DNA of 59,519 nt, filler included, from Nemertoderma westbladi (taxonomy: Eukaryota > Animalia > Xenacoelomorpha): assembly GCA_032718475.1 (NCBI GenBank). It is 3 parts of 3 records of this genome, joined end to end, with 100 filler letters (N's around TTAATTAATTAA, not from the genome) between each part and the next. Parts side by side here need not be neighbours in the genome. Positions count along the whole stretch, not along the records: positions 29,864 to 59,519 come from JAUCBJ010001726.1; 2 more parts are not named here. One strand, written 5' to 3'. Made by a program: the position numbers and the translations under genes. This document shows, piece by piece, positions 39,294-51,434 of the stretch. The notes under the pieces were generated by a model. That model searched no databases. It saw only the letters and a list, made by a program, of their open reading frames with translations, and was not told the DNA's origin. Numbering within the stretch: the first letter of the stretch is position 1; every line of letters starts with the position of its first letter.

Positions 39294-39382
39294 CGTGATT
39301 GTGTACCGGTAACTCGTTTAGGAAATAAAAATAAATAAATACTTTTACGAAAATAATTAAAACTTTTCAGGAAAACAAAGAG

Positions 39383-39511
39383 ACAATGATTGGGAATGTG
39401 GTGAACGGGGGCTATTATAGAGGGGGGCTAGAATGGGTTAGCCAATCAGGGAACAGGAGGGAGAAAAGACTGTATAATTAAACCAATCAGAGAGCAGCTT
39501 TGATGACGTCA
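39383..39511 (-). promoter_or_regulatory. Pol II promoter for the 563-aa ORF (CRE/ATF site, two CCAAT boxes, TATA, Inr)
   Basis: TGACGTCA 39504-39511, CCAATCAG at 39442 and 39483, TATAATAG from 39419, TCATT about 32 nt downstream. Confidence 0.65.
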
Positions 39512-39944
39512 CATCAGGCGAGATAATGATTGCCCAATGTTATTCAATGGTAGACAGAATGGCGCCATTGAATAACGAAGACAAAGGGGCCGCGAGAGGA
39601 AAGATTATAAAGTTAACGATAAGGGATCTATAAACCATAGAGCTAAAAATAGACATTATGTCATAGTGATCTCATTGGTAATATAAAACCAAATTAATCT
39701 AAAAATAGAAATCAATATATAAAATAAAAGTAATACAATTAATTAATTTAAAATAAAGTACAAATGAATAAATAAAGTCAAATAGAATACAAATAATTAA
39801 TTAAAATTAGGTACAAATAAATAGTTAAATATGTATAATATGTTAATTTTCATTAATTTAGAATTAAATACGAATAAAATAAAATGCAAATAATTAATTA
39901 AAATTAAATATAAATAAATAGATATTAATGAATAAAAGAGCTGC

Positions 39945-40280
39945 GGTGTCACTTATGACACCCTCTTGAGCCGGCTCTGTGACACTTGGACCTAACTGAT
40001 GACCCATTGTGTGTCAGGGCGCTAATCAGTCTGATTAATTAGGATAATCAATTAAACCCTAATTAGGAGTCATATGACACCTGTTAGGGTTTAATTGTAC
40101 TAATTAATTGATGACACCTGTCAATTAGGGTCTAATTAGCCTAATTGGGAGGTGTCACCCAGACAGTCTGGCGCCAATGACACCCAATGACACCCATAGG
40201 GTGATAATTGGGTGTCATATGACACCCAATGGGTGTCAGTGAGGTCCAAGTGTCACAGAGCCGGCCAAGACCCTACTACT
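39945..40280. repeat. Putative terminal repeat of the Polinton-like element; fold-back structure
   Basis: Perfect 24-bp inverted repeat 39970-39993 / 40242-40265, many TGACACC/GGTGTCA and TAATTA palindromes inside, ends CTACTACT. Confidence 0.7.
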
Positions 40281-41099
40281 GAGATATCTTGATTTTGGGA
40301 TCTGTCTCCCCTTCTACAAAACATGTTTTAAACATACCCCTAAGACAGCTACAATACCTGTGCCAATATATCTGTGAGACCCTTTTTGATAAAATAATTT
40401 AATGTTACAGCCTCCAGATGTAGTACTCCAATCTTTTTGACACAAATTTAAAGTTAAATAAATCAACTAGTTAAAATTATTTAACTTTTTGTAAATATAT
40501 CAGGGAGCGTGTGAGCTGCCTCCCCCTCAATGCCCCCCCGGACAGCGCAAGATCCTCAGCGCTGATGTACTGTCGCCGCTGTGCCTCTCGCCAACGTAGT
40601 AGCTACACAACGACAACAATAACCAGCGCGAGTCACTCCACTGTCCGTCCCAAGGGCTTAGAATTACTTCAGGTTCTTGCTACAGAGGTAGGGTAACTTT
40701 CACAACTGCGACTCGCTACTGTAAACACACTTTAGTAGTAACATTTTTTAGCAATATCATTTTCGAAATTCATATGATTTTCAAATTCAAATGGGATGTA
40801 ATAAATAATAAAAAATGTTGTCGGTATTCCAGTACACAATAATCCGCTCCTATGTGTAATCGGACGTAATCCGAAATACACATAACAGACACTGGAATAT
40901 CGAGCAATAGAACACCACAGTAAAATAAAGTACACTTTATTTTACTTTGTCTTCTTGGAGGTTTTTACATTTCCTATCTCATATAATTTGTGGGAAGTAT
41001 AATCACTGGGTTTTTTAAAGATTTTGTAGTCTCCAGTCTGACAACGTGACTCTTCTAATAAAACGAGATGTTGCACTGGTCTAGTTACTACATGTTTGT

Positions 41100-44000
41100 C
41101 TATAGTGTTCTAACTGTCACAGTTCGAACTGTTCCGTCTGATCCTGGATGAACCGCTATTACAACACCTGTTAACCAGTGACGCCGTTTTAGGTTCGCCT
41201 CGGCTAAGAGAACAGAATCTCCTTTACAAAGATTCCTTGTTGTTTGATACCATTTACTTCTGGCTGAAATAGTGGGCAAATAGTGTTGTCGCCATATTTC
41301 CCAGAAGTTATCTGCTAACAATTGTACGATTTTCCACGCTTTCCTGGAGTACAGATCGCTGTCATCTGGGACAGAGATTGGTACAAGTGGTGCGGGGGAT
41401 TGCATTAATATATGGTTTGGTGTCAGGGCAATAACGTTGTCTGACCTGTCTGGCACCAGTGCAATCGGTCGAGAATTCAAAGTATACTCGATCTCTGTGA
41501 AAAGAGTCACTAGTTCATCGTCTGTGAGTACTTTGTTCGGTGGGATGGTCTTATGGAACGCCAATTTTATGGATCGTATAAGACGCTCCCAGCTACCGCC
41601 TCTCCAGGGGCTGTCAGCCGTGTTAAAGTTCCATGTGATACGACTGGGTATTAATTCGGCAGCAATTTTATCATGGTCAATAGTATTAAGAGATTTATTA
41701 ATCTCGTTGTCCCCACCGACAAAGTTCGTACCTTGGTCACTATAGAAAGCCTGAACCAACCCGCGTCTGGCTATGAACCGACGCAAAGCAAGTAATAAGG
41801 CATTTGTGGACATGTCTGTGACGCGTTCAATGTGTACCGCACGGGATGCCATACAAATGAATATGACACCCCAACGTTTTACCATCGACCGTGCACGCTT
41901 TGTGAGGATTGGACCAAAACAATCCAGTCCCGTATGGGTAAATGGTGATTGGTGTGACTGCACTCTAGCTAAGGGTAGTTCACTCATTTGTTGCTGGGTA
42001 ATGCGTGCGTTCAACTTTTTACAAACTATACAGTTTGATAGAACTGTATTTAATGCCTTTGTTGGTTTTATTAAAATAAAACGTTGTCTTAACAAAGAGA
42101 TGCAATGTGAACGGCCAGCATGTTTCAGCTTCAAGTGAGCATCCCATATCATGGCGCATTGTAATTCTAAGTATGCCGGGATTATAATTGGATATATGAA
42201 GTCTCGTGCTAGGTCTGTAGCTTGTAATCTAGACCTGTGACAAAGCAGTCCTTTGTGTATGGTCGGGCTCAACCTGACTAATGGGGAAGAAGTAACCGCT
42301 TTCTTAATCATAATGGCGTTGTACTCACGGGTGTAACTTCGCAGCTGAAAATGAAGGATGATCTTCAATTCCGCCTGGTCTATTTCCTCGATAGATAGTC
42401 TCCTGGGAAATCCTCTAATAACCCTTTGTCTCCAATCAGATAGTGAGTATTCCTTTGATTTACCCAAGAATTTACTAAGTCTACTGATCCAAGCGGCTTT
42501 CCTACATAGCTTTAGCCAAGATGAACTGGAATTTACTAACCTGTCAAAGAAATTCCTTAAATCACTGTTAAGTGGTTGTGTTACCATAACATTAGGCGGT
42601 GGCTGTGATGCCACACTTTTTACAAGATCTTGCTTACTATTGGTCAAGGGTGATTCTAGAAATATCGCTTTTACTTCATCGAATTTTTCATCACCAGGAA
42701 CTGGATGCATGTCATTATATTCATCGTCGTCTGATATATCTAGGGCTAGGTCAACTTCGGACTCAATCTCTAAATTAATATCTGAATCTGGCGGATTTGG
42801 CGGTGGTAACGACGCAGGAACTATATCACTTGTATGTGTCACTCGCGATCTTAGATTATATAATGTGGTACGGGACGTAATCTCATTTGTGTCTAACATC
42901 TGTTCACTCATGGCATTTCTCGGCCGCTCCATATAATTATTTGACATTACCTGATCAGTCAATGATGTTGGTATATGGGATAAACCTGTGGCCTTCGCCT
43001 TTGACTTCTTTACTTTCTCGATCTTAATCTCCGCTTCCTCTAGACTCATACCTAAACCAAACTCCTTATTATCTTCTATTGATCTGTTTACATAATGTCC
43101 AGGTTTAGTTCGTTTAAAACCTACTATAAAGTCCTTTGGTGACCTGGTATACCAACCTAAAATGGTTCGAGTAGCATAGGGCTTACCTGGTTGAGGTGGA
43201 TGTGGCCTAGTATCCCACGCATGATGAGCATCAAAGACATCTAATCCGATCAACATTGCAATATTTCTATAGTTAACATTACATTCCGGGATACCTAAAC
43301 ATCCGAAGTATTCTCGTTCTTGTTTAGTCAAAGCAGGCACTCCCCCCAAAAGTCCAGAAAATTCTTTCAAAGCAATGAAGGATACATTCTTTATTGGTAG
43401 TAGACTTTGTTCTGGTAGAGTGTGATGATTTCGTGGTAATAAGGAATCTAATGAGAGGTTTATCGATTTACCATTTAGTTCTCCTTGTCCATGCATAGAT
43501 CCTAAATCGATCTTACGGCTCTTCGCACTCAAAGTGTCCGTAACAGCGCTGGCTACTTCTAAATCTACATAGCTACGGGTAGAGGCAGGATCTAGTATGA
43601 CATAAATTCTCTTCGTTCCATGTTCTCCAATAATCTTAATGGGAATTACGCTAAATGAAGCAGATTGTACTGATGTAAGGTATGTATTTGCACATATGAT
43701 GTCATCAATATTAGTGGCATCAGTTTCTCCTACCTGACACTCATCCTTTTCATCATCCTCATCTGAAGAACCGGATTGATCAGCATTGACTGAAGCAAAT
43801 GTAACCTTATTTGGGATTGGGTTAGGATTTCTAGCAATCCTACTTGGATGGTCCATGATATATTGTTTTGTAGGAGTGTGCTGACTAGTATGTAGCAACC
43901 GATGATGCAACCTACCACAATCTTGGCATCCTTTCTTTATGGTGTCTGGACATTCTCGGCGTTTATGACCAGTAGAAAGACACTTCCAGCATGCATCTAA

Positions 44001-46841
44001 AGATCGTATTGCCAGTCTTCTCTTATCGACGTCGAGTTTTGTAAAGAAATCGCAACAATGCAATTTATGATCCATATGTTTTTGAGATTGCTGATAACAA
44101 TATTGGCAACCGCGAAAGTTGGAGGGCAGCTCCTGACGCTCCAGGGTCACTCCTATGGGGGCTGAAACTTTACTCTTCTCCAATTGGTATCGCGATTTTG
44201 ATATATTCGAGTCAGTCCCAGTTGGTCCTAAAGTGTTGTAGGTTAGACACGTCCCCTCTGTTGTCATCAAGGATTTAGGTTTTGCTATTGAGCGCCTTTC
44301 AACCTGTAAATATTCTTCAGAGTAATTTGAACGGGAATCTGCGAGTGCTTCTCTAGCGATTAACTCATGTAAGTGTCGTAACTTTAAAGTCTCTCCACGT
44401 TCTTCTATTTTGCTCTCTAATTTCCGCCACTTTTGACGATGACGGTAACTTAACCTTCTAATTATATCTTTCAAGATGTCTGGTCTATCTCCATAGTTTT
44501 CACAACCAATATCCGGTAATATTGATATTGCATTCTTTATTTCATCCGCTAGTTTTAATAATTCATGAGATGTAGAAATAGGACCACCTTTTCCAAGTTC
44601 ATCTACAATGGATTGAGCCACCCTGGTGTTACTTCCATATACAGAGGTTAATCGCTCATAAGTAAGCTGAAATGCATTTGGGTTTCCTGTAAAAGTCCCA
44701 GCTAACCCTCTAGGTTCCTTCTGTAGTAGTTGTAACAGGTAATTGAATTTCTCATTTGAACTGAAATCCTTTTCTTTTATTTGGGAGTCAACATAATTTA
44801 TAAAGGTGCGCCAATGTTTTGCATTACCATTAAAACGTGGAGGTTGTTGGGTTGGCAGACTCTGGCGAGCAGCAAAGCGAGCAATTTCGGTAAGGACAGC
44901 CGTAGTCTCTGTCTGTTTTTCCTTCTCCTTCACCAAACTAGATTTATTTCCTCTTTGAAATTCTCTACAGAAACTGCTAGAAGAGCTCTCAACAACCTCG
45001 GAATATAAATTTTGCTGTGGGGTTGAACGACGCTGTGCATACGTCGAATTGAAGTGAATCTTCTTTGACAAACTTGGCTCTCTAACTGGATTTTGTGATA
45101 TTTCCTCCATTTCTGAATCAGTTTTTAAGTTTCTCCGGACTGGTGTGTCCATCCAATCAACTTTTTCTTGAACTTCCTTCAGTTGTTGTAGTAAAGGTGC
45201 ATTGCATTCTTGCATAGCAGCTTTCATTTGCTCAATTGAAACCTTCGGTTCTATGGGAGTCTCAAAATCAAATAGATCGAACTTATCGGCTCTGTGTGAA
45301 TGTTCCCAATTCTGTGAGTAGGGCTCATCGCCACCAGTTCTATACCTCTCCCGAGATCTATTACCATAATGATACCAAGGATTCTGGGGAAGTAGATATC
45401 TTTCCCTACAAACGAAACATGGGCAATCTCTTTCATGAGGCTGTGGTCTGTGCTCGCCCTCACATTGCCAACGTTCGTCTACAAATTTGTCTGGGGTATA
45501 CAGCGGTTGGAAGGGTTTCTCGTATGGCTTTGTCTCAGGCTTCCTCACTATGTTCTGGTTTAGTCGAGGAATGGGTCGTTCTTGGTGAACTTCTTGTGCT
45601 CTCCTGCCCTTATGCAATGACGATACATATGCTTCTGTTAGAGGGAACCTTCTTTGGGCGGACTCACATATGATTGGAGCTTCCTCCACTTGGTCTATAA
45701 TACTACTGTGCTCTTCTTCATACTGCTGCCTATCATTTACCAACTCAAGCCGTGCATCCTGCAACTGAGCTCGCTTATGTTCCATTTCAATCTCATGGAT
45801 ACGCCTTCGTTGCTTTAATTCTAATTCTCTTCGCTTTTCGTCTACTTGTGCGCGTCTCTGTGCATGTTGATGCTCTAAATTTGCCGCTGCTTCACGCTGT
45901 TGCCTCTGCAATTCATCACGCAAATGCTCTGCTTCTTGGGCTGCAGCTTGTGCTTCACACCTAAATTTAGCTGCTGCTTCCTCATGCTGCTCTTGCTGCT
46001 TTAAATCTGCTTCTTGTGCTGCTAATTTATGTATCTCCTCTTCAGCGAGTTCAACTTCCTGCCTACGCGCTTCCTCTACTTCGAGCTTTCTCTCTTCAAC
46101 TGCAATTAGTCTATCTCGTTCTGTGAACGCTCGCAGGGCCTTTTGTGATTCTGTTATCGAACTTCGACTACTTACTACACTCGTACTTCGTCGCGACCTT
46201 GTTGTGCTTTGGCTGGCAACAGATAAAACTTCCGCTCCACTGTTTAACCCACTCACTGTCTCTTGGTTTGCAGTTAATGGCAATGGTAATCCAATGATAA
46301 CTACTCCTCTCTTACTTAAGTAACGGGTTAATTTAGTAACTCGATGCTGAGTCTCAACCACAATACGTTCCTCTGATTCTCTAAACTCGACTTCATTGAC
46401 TGTTAGAGATTCACAAACTGCTTCGCTCCATCGTGTATTACGAATTTGGGAAAAGTGTTCAATTACTCTTATATAACTCACTCTTGCCTTTTTCAATTTC
46501 TCGAATAAGAAAGTCAGGGTTTTATTCTCTTGATATTTTTCTGCTCTATCCACAAGAGCTTGTAGTTCAGCTACTGGATGGATCATCTGGGTGTTAAACT
46601 TACCTTGTAACTCCAAAAGTTTTTGTCTGTCTAATGTAGCACCCTCTTGTAATAATAATGTAATTACCTTGTTTGTGCACTTTGTAATTTGTGCCATATA
46701 CCCACCAGCACTCCTACTTATCGGTGGCCCTCTTTGTGAATCTAAACTACTTACTCTCACCACCTCCTCTATTTCGTCATCGTTTGAGTCAGAACCTACT
46801 AGAGTTATGTCCTGTATAGTCGATGTCCTATGTATACTCAT
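41100..46841 (-). mobile_element. BEL/Pao LTR-retrotransposon polyprotein (Gag, Zn knuckles, protease, integrase) lacking RT/RNase H
   Basis: Gag PPRFNGNAKHWRTF, three Cys/His knuckles, protease ILDPASTRSYV, integrase HHCC, TGLDCFGP, SDQGTNFVG, GGSWERLIRSIK, FWEIWRQHYLP. A terminal frameshift precedes RPVQHLVLL. Confidence 0.92.
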
Positions 46842-49109
46842 GGTCGGTAAATTTTAATTCTGTATTTCTGTATAACCTTCCGGTCAGTATATATCTAAAT
46901 ATATTTTCTAATTTTACTTGAAGTTGTGCTGCTTCTACAGCGGTAAACTTTCTAAAATATTTTTAATATTTCCTTCAAATATTATATTTTTTATACACAA
47001 ATATAATAGGCGTAACGGTTTCCCGGCACGGCAAAGATGTGGAGTTCTTAAAACATAGTGGACAAACTGGAAGCATTTAAATAAATCATAAAATTAACTT
47101 GCCGCAAAACTTTCACAGGTCTCACAGACACAGAGATACAGGTAATGCAACTAACCCCAGGAGCAGTTTCAATTTTCCTCGCGTCCCAATCTGAGCTGCA
47201 GATTTTCATTCTGCGAACTTCTTTTTGTACCAAACTCGTAAACATCAACAGATCCCAGAATCAGTTGGAAAGTCTCCCTCTGTACCTGAAAGTCGTATAG
47301 AAACTTTAAACGGCGCCTACTAATTTTATTTCCTGCAAATAAACTTTAAATTTAAATTTTTAACCTTTTTGGCTACCTAATATCTATTCAACCTCCTTTA
47401 CATAATTTTGGAGCTGATATTTTAATTTTAGAAAATATTTTGTATTTCTGCAAAACGGAATAATTACAGAAAGACTGATTATTTTCTAAAAAATGTTATT
47501 TGCTAAGTATTTTGTAAATCAGCTGGGATTTACAGCTTTGATTTTTTATATTGATTTCTGTTAAGTGCAATCCCAAATCCCCCGAAAGGGCAGAATTAAC
47601 CGAGATCAAAACTGAGGGAAAGCTATCGCTATTGCGAGTAAATGTTTTAATTCAATGGTGGACACCTCAACACCTTTTTACAGCAGCGCTCACAATAAGT
47701 AAGTTCAATAGATATTTGTCGTTCGATTTTGGCAGGCAGTAAATGCTAACATATAAAGTACTGTAAAACACCAGCAACCAAAACAATAAACCAAACCTAT
47801 ATCAGAATGTACAGCAATTATGGCTGAAAATTCGTAATTCATGCTAGACCAGTAGGCTCTTCTAACTAATCCCAAAACGAGCAAATACTAATTTTTTATC
47901 TTTCAAAATATGTATAAACAAATAAATTTTATACTTACAACAGTTTGGTTGTCAATCTATACGGAATTTAGGATACTAGGGCTGAGAAAGAAATAATTAA
48001 ATGGCCTAACTATTTTACCATCCCAAATGTTCCCTCAGCGCTATAATAACCACCAATTTATCCGTAGGGCCTAAGAATGATCACAAACTATCTAAAATAA
48101 TTATTAGAAAATTAGTAAGTTAGAATTCCTAACGTGTTATGGTAGACCTAGCTACCGGTCTGCCGGTACATGAATTAGAAATCAATATAGGGGCCTCTGA
48201 AAACTATAATCTAACCCCTTCACCAATTGGCCTACAGCCTTAGCACTTAGGGGCAATTGATTGACAGTTACTAATCCAATTTTAGCGAGCCCAAACTTAT
48301 GCCTAATGGTTCGATCAACTTCCCTGATAGTCCAATTTTGCTTCCGTACCGCCACTGATGTCCCACATCCCATTGCCGGCCTCACCGCACCGCAGCTAAT
48401 CTTAGCCGGACATCGCGAATGTTTTCGATAATTGACTCATGTCAGAATGCGATCTGATCCGTTAATCAGGAACAACAATGTTATTGAACGTGTTCTAATC
48501 GACTAAGACATTATATTGAATATCGTATCACAGTATCACAGTTTTATATCAAACACATCCAGACATCAGACATCTGAATGCAAAACAACAAGGCTGATCA
48601 AAATTTAAATACACGTCCAAATGTAAAAGATTAAACCATATAACGTACCGGTACTGCGGTACTTAATGCAGTAACAGAGTAATGAATGAATATATATAAC
48701 TTCAATTCTATATTGAAACAAGCATAAAAAGAATTCAAAGGCTGTCATTGGCTAATCATGTTTAAAAAGCCTTAATTTGAAATACCTCCAGCAGGGCTTA
48801 GTTATACTGTACTGTATAATAATAATAATCTGGAAATAATTATAGATACTGGACAATTAACCGACTGGTGATTTATCATATAATCAGGTAGTATTTCACA
48901 TAATGAATCGTACAGTATTTCTACTGCAGTAAGTAAAGGAACTGAAACAAACTTAACTTTAAAGAGAATCCATAAGATTTTCGTTAATTAATATAGTAGA
49001 ATATAGGTATAGAATATAGGTTTTATACTTTAAACGTACAGTAGAAGTTATCGGAACAATATAACGATTATAAAATAAAATTTTTATACTCTTACCAAAT
49101 ACAATACAA

Positions 49110-49141
<32 letters not shown>

Positions 49142-49930
49142 CACAAAATGTAGCAGAACCGTCACTAATATATATTTCAAAGACATACATATGGTTTTAT
49201 ATTAACATTTCTTATATTTTAATTTTATTATCTAATACATTTTATTTAACTATTTTATTATTAAATAAATCAAAATGTCTAACATTGGAAACAAATTGCT
49301 TTTTGCAAATCATCATGGTTCGGCTGCTATGGTCAATATACATATAATTTTTGTATTCTGAAACTGAATATACAAAAACCCTTCAGTTAATGGGAAGATT
49401 TGACGGCTATGCTACTTATATATATTAAACTTTGGGAGTGGTGATGGTAGCATTTCGAGATATCTTTAAAAACACAGATTATTTCTATATATAGAATTTG
49501 TACATATAGCGAATATGCAAACCGCTATAAAATGCTACATTTTGTTATCCTTAATTATATTAAATAATACTGTAGCCCATTAGTAGCAAAGTGAAATTAC
49601 TATATGGAATTTAGTGATGATATCTGAAAATGTAAGGAAACATATGTAAGACTGCTATTGAGAAATATATAATGTAGTAGAATAATTGGGGGTCCCTAGC
49701 TTCTGTATGTAGGACGTAGAAGGCCACTGTTATTATAGTAGTAGAGTACGCCGTGCTATTTCAGTATTTAGTCTGTGCGATTTTGTGCTAGTTTTATTCT
49801 GCAATTTCCAGTCATTACAAATTAGGCCACTTATTTTCGTATTTCGATAGAACTATGTGTAGTATGCATTGATAATGACGCAAATTACGAAATCTATCTA
49901 TCGAAATCTATCTAAAATTATTCGAAATAT

Positions 49931-50556
49931 ATCCATCCAACATCCATGATGGATCCGTCCAACATCCATGACGGATCCATCCAACATCCATGACGGATCC
50001 GTCCAACATCCATGATGGATCCGTCCAACATCCATGACGGATCCGTCCAACATCCATGACGGATCCGTCCAACATCCATGATGGATCCGTCCAACATCCA
50101 TGATGGATCCGTCCAACATCCATGACGGATCCGTCCAACTTCCTTGATGGATCCGTCCAACATCCATGATGGATCCGTCCAACATCCATGACGGATCCAT
50201 CCAACATCCATGACGGATCCGTCCAATATCCATGATGGATCCGTCCAACATCCATGACGGATCCATCCACCATCCATGACGGATCCGTCCAATATCCATG
50301 ATGGATCCGTCCAACATCCATGACGGATCCGTCCAACATCCATGATGGATCCGTCCAACATCCATGACGGATCCGTCCAACATCCATGATGGATCCGTCC
50401 AACATCCATGACGGATCCGTCCAACATCCATGACGGATCCGTCCAACATCCATGACGGATCCGTCCAACATCCGTGATGGATCCGTCCAACATCCATGAC
50501 GAATCCGTCCAACATCCATGACGGATCCGTCCAACATCCATGATGGATCCGTCCAA
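49931..50556. repeat. 22-bp satellite (CCAACATCCATGAYGGATCCGT), ~28 copies
   Basis: Read directly; contains the palindrome GACGGATCCGTC. Confidence 0.95.
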
Positions 50557-51434
50557 TATAAAATCTCTGACTTTAAGTCTTATAAATCTCAGTCTGTCTG
50601 TCTCGCGATACAATAATAGAAAGCTAACTTGAGCAACGTCACTATCTCGTCATATTTTAAGTATTTGTTTGCGTGAATCGAATGTGGTCAAAGTGGATTA
50701 TTTTGCATCGTTTTAGGCCAAAATATATTACTGGTCAGCAATCAGGACTCAGGCGACTTTGTAACTGCAGTTTCACCATTAGACTAAGAGCTGTTCTAAC
50801 TGAAACTTTGCAGGTATGTATGTATGTATGTATGTATGTACCACAGAGATCTTACGCTGCCTGTTTGAGTGAGAGGACGCCGACCAGCCTACAGTTCTTC
50901 AATCTGCTGCTTGGGTGTGTAATCTCTGAGAGTGAAACCATTCCCATCACCAATTTTATTGTTTTTGAGCTGATACTGGGGAAATATCTACTACAAGATT
51001 GGATTCGTGTTTGGGAGGAAGCTGAAGTTCTCTAGTCTACCGGTAGTAGGTGGAATGTCTGAAGGTGAAAAAGTCCTGCGTTTTTGTTGTTTTTAATCTT
51101 TTCGAGCTGATGCATGGCATATATAGATTACACCACAGGCGGTTGCGTGTTTGGGAGGACGTATATTATTCGGCAGTTCACCAGCCTGTCGCTAAGGGTC
51201 GACATGCCTGAAAGTGAAAACCGTAAATACTAATCAAATTATACACCAGAAAAGATAAGAAAAACAAACTAATATTTTAACCAGAGGGTGTTTATCCCCC
51301 CCCCCCCCCCCCCCCCCTACTTATCTGACCTGTTTCGAAACAGATAGAGTAATTGTAATTAAAACAGTTATCGTAAAAAAAATATATTTGTATTTCGCTT
51401 CTAATATAAGCCAATGTATAGTATTGTTGCTGGA

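Larger units (their letters stand above)
29864..40280. mobile_element. Right part of a Polinton/Maverick-like (adintovirus-like) element; left part lost at the contig edge
   Basis: pPolB at the left, compact orphan ORFs, a repeat unit shared between 32.6-33.1 kb and 35.8-36.4 kb, and a structured end terminating CTACTACT-3' (Polinton TIRs typically start 5'-AGTAGT). The right boundary is inferred from one end only. Confidence 0.65.

Noticed and set aside
40419-47682. Paired LTRs for the BEL/Pao element (candidates 40419-40969 after a PPT-like GAGATAGGAAA, and ~47038-47680 beside a PBS-like TGCCGTG)
   Set aside because: I could not see sequence similarity between the two candidates, nor a TSD.
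49898-50613. Three overlapping 205-231-aa ORFs
   Set aside because: Artefact of the 22-bp satellite.
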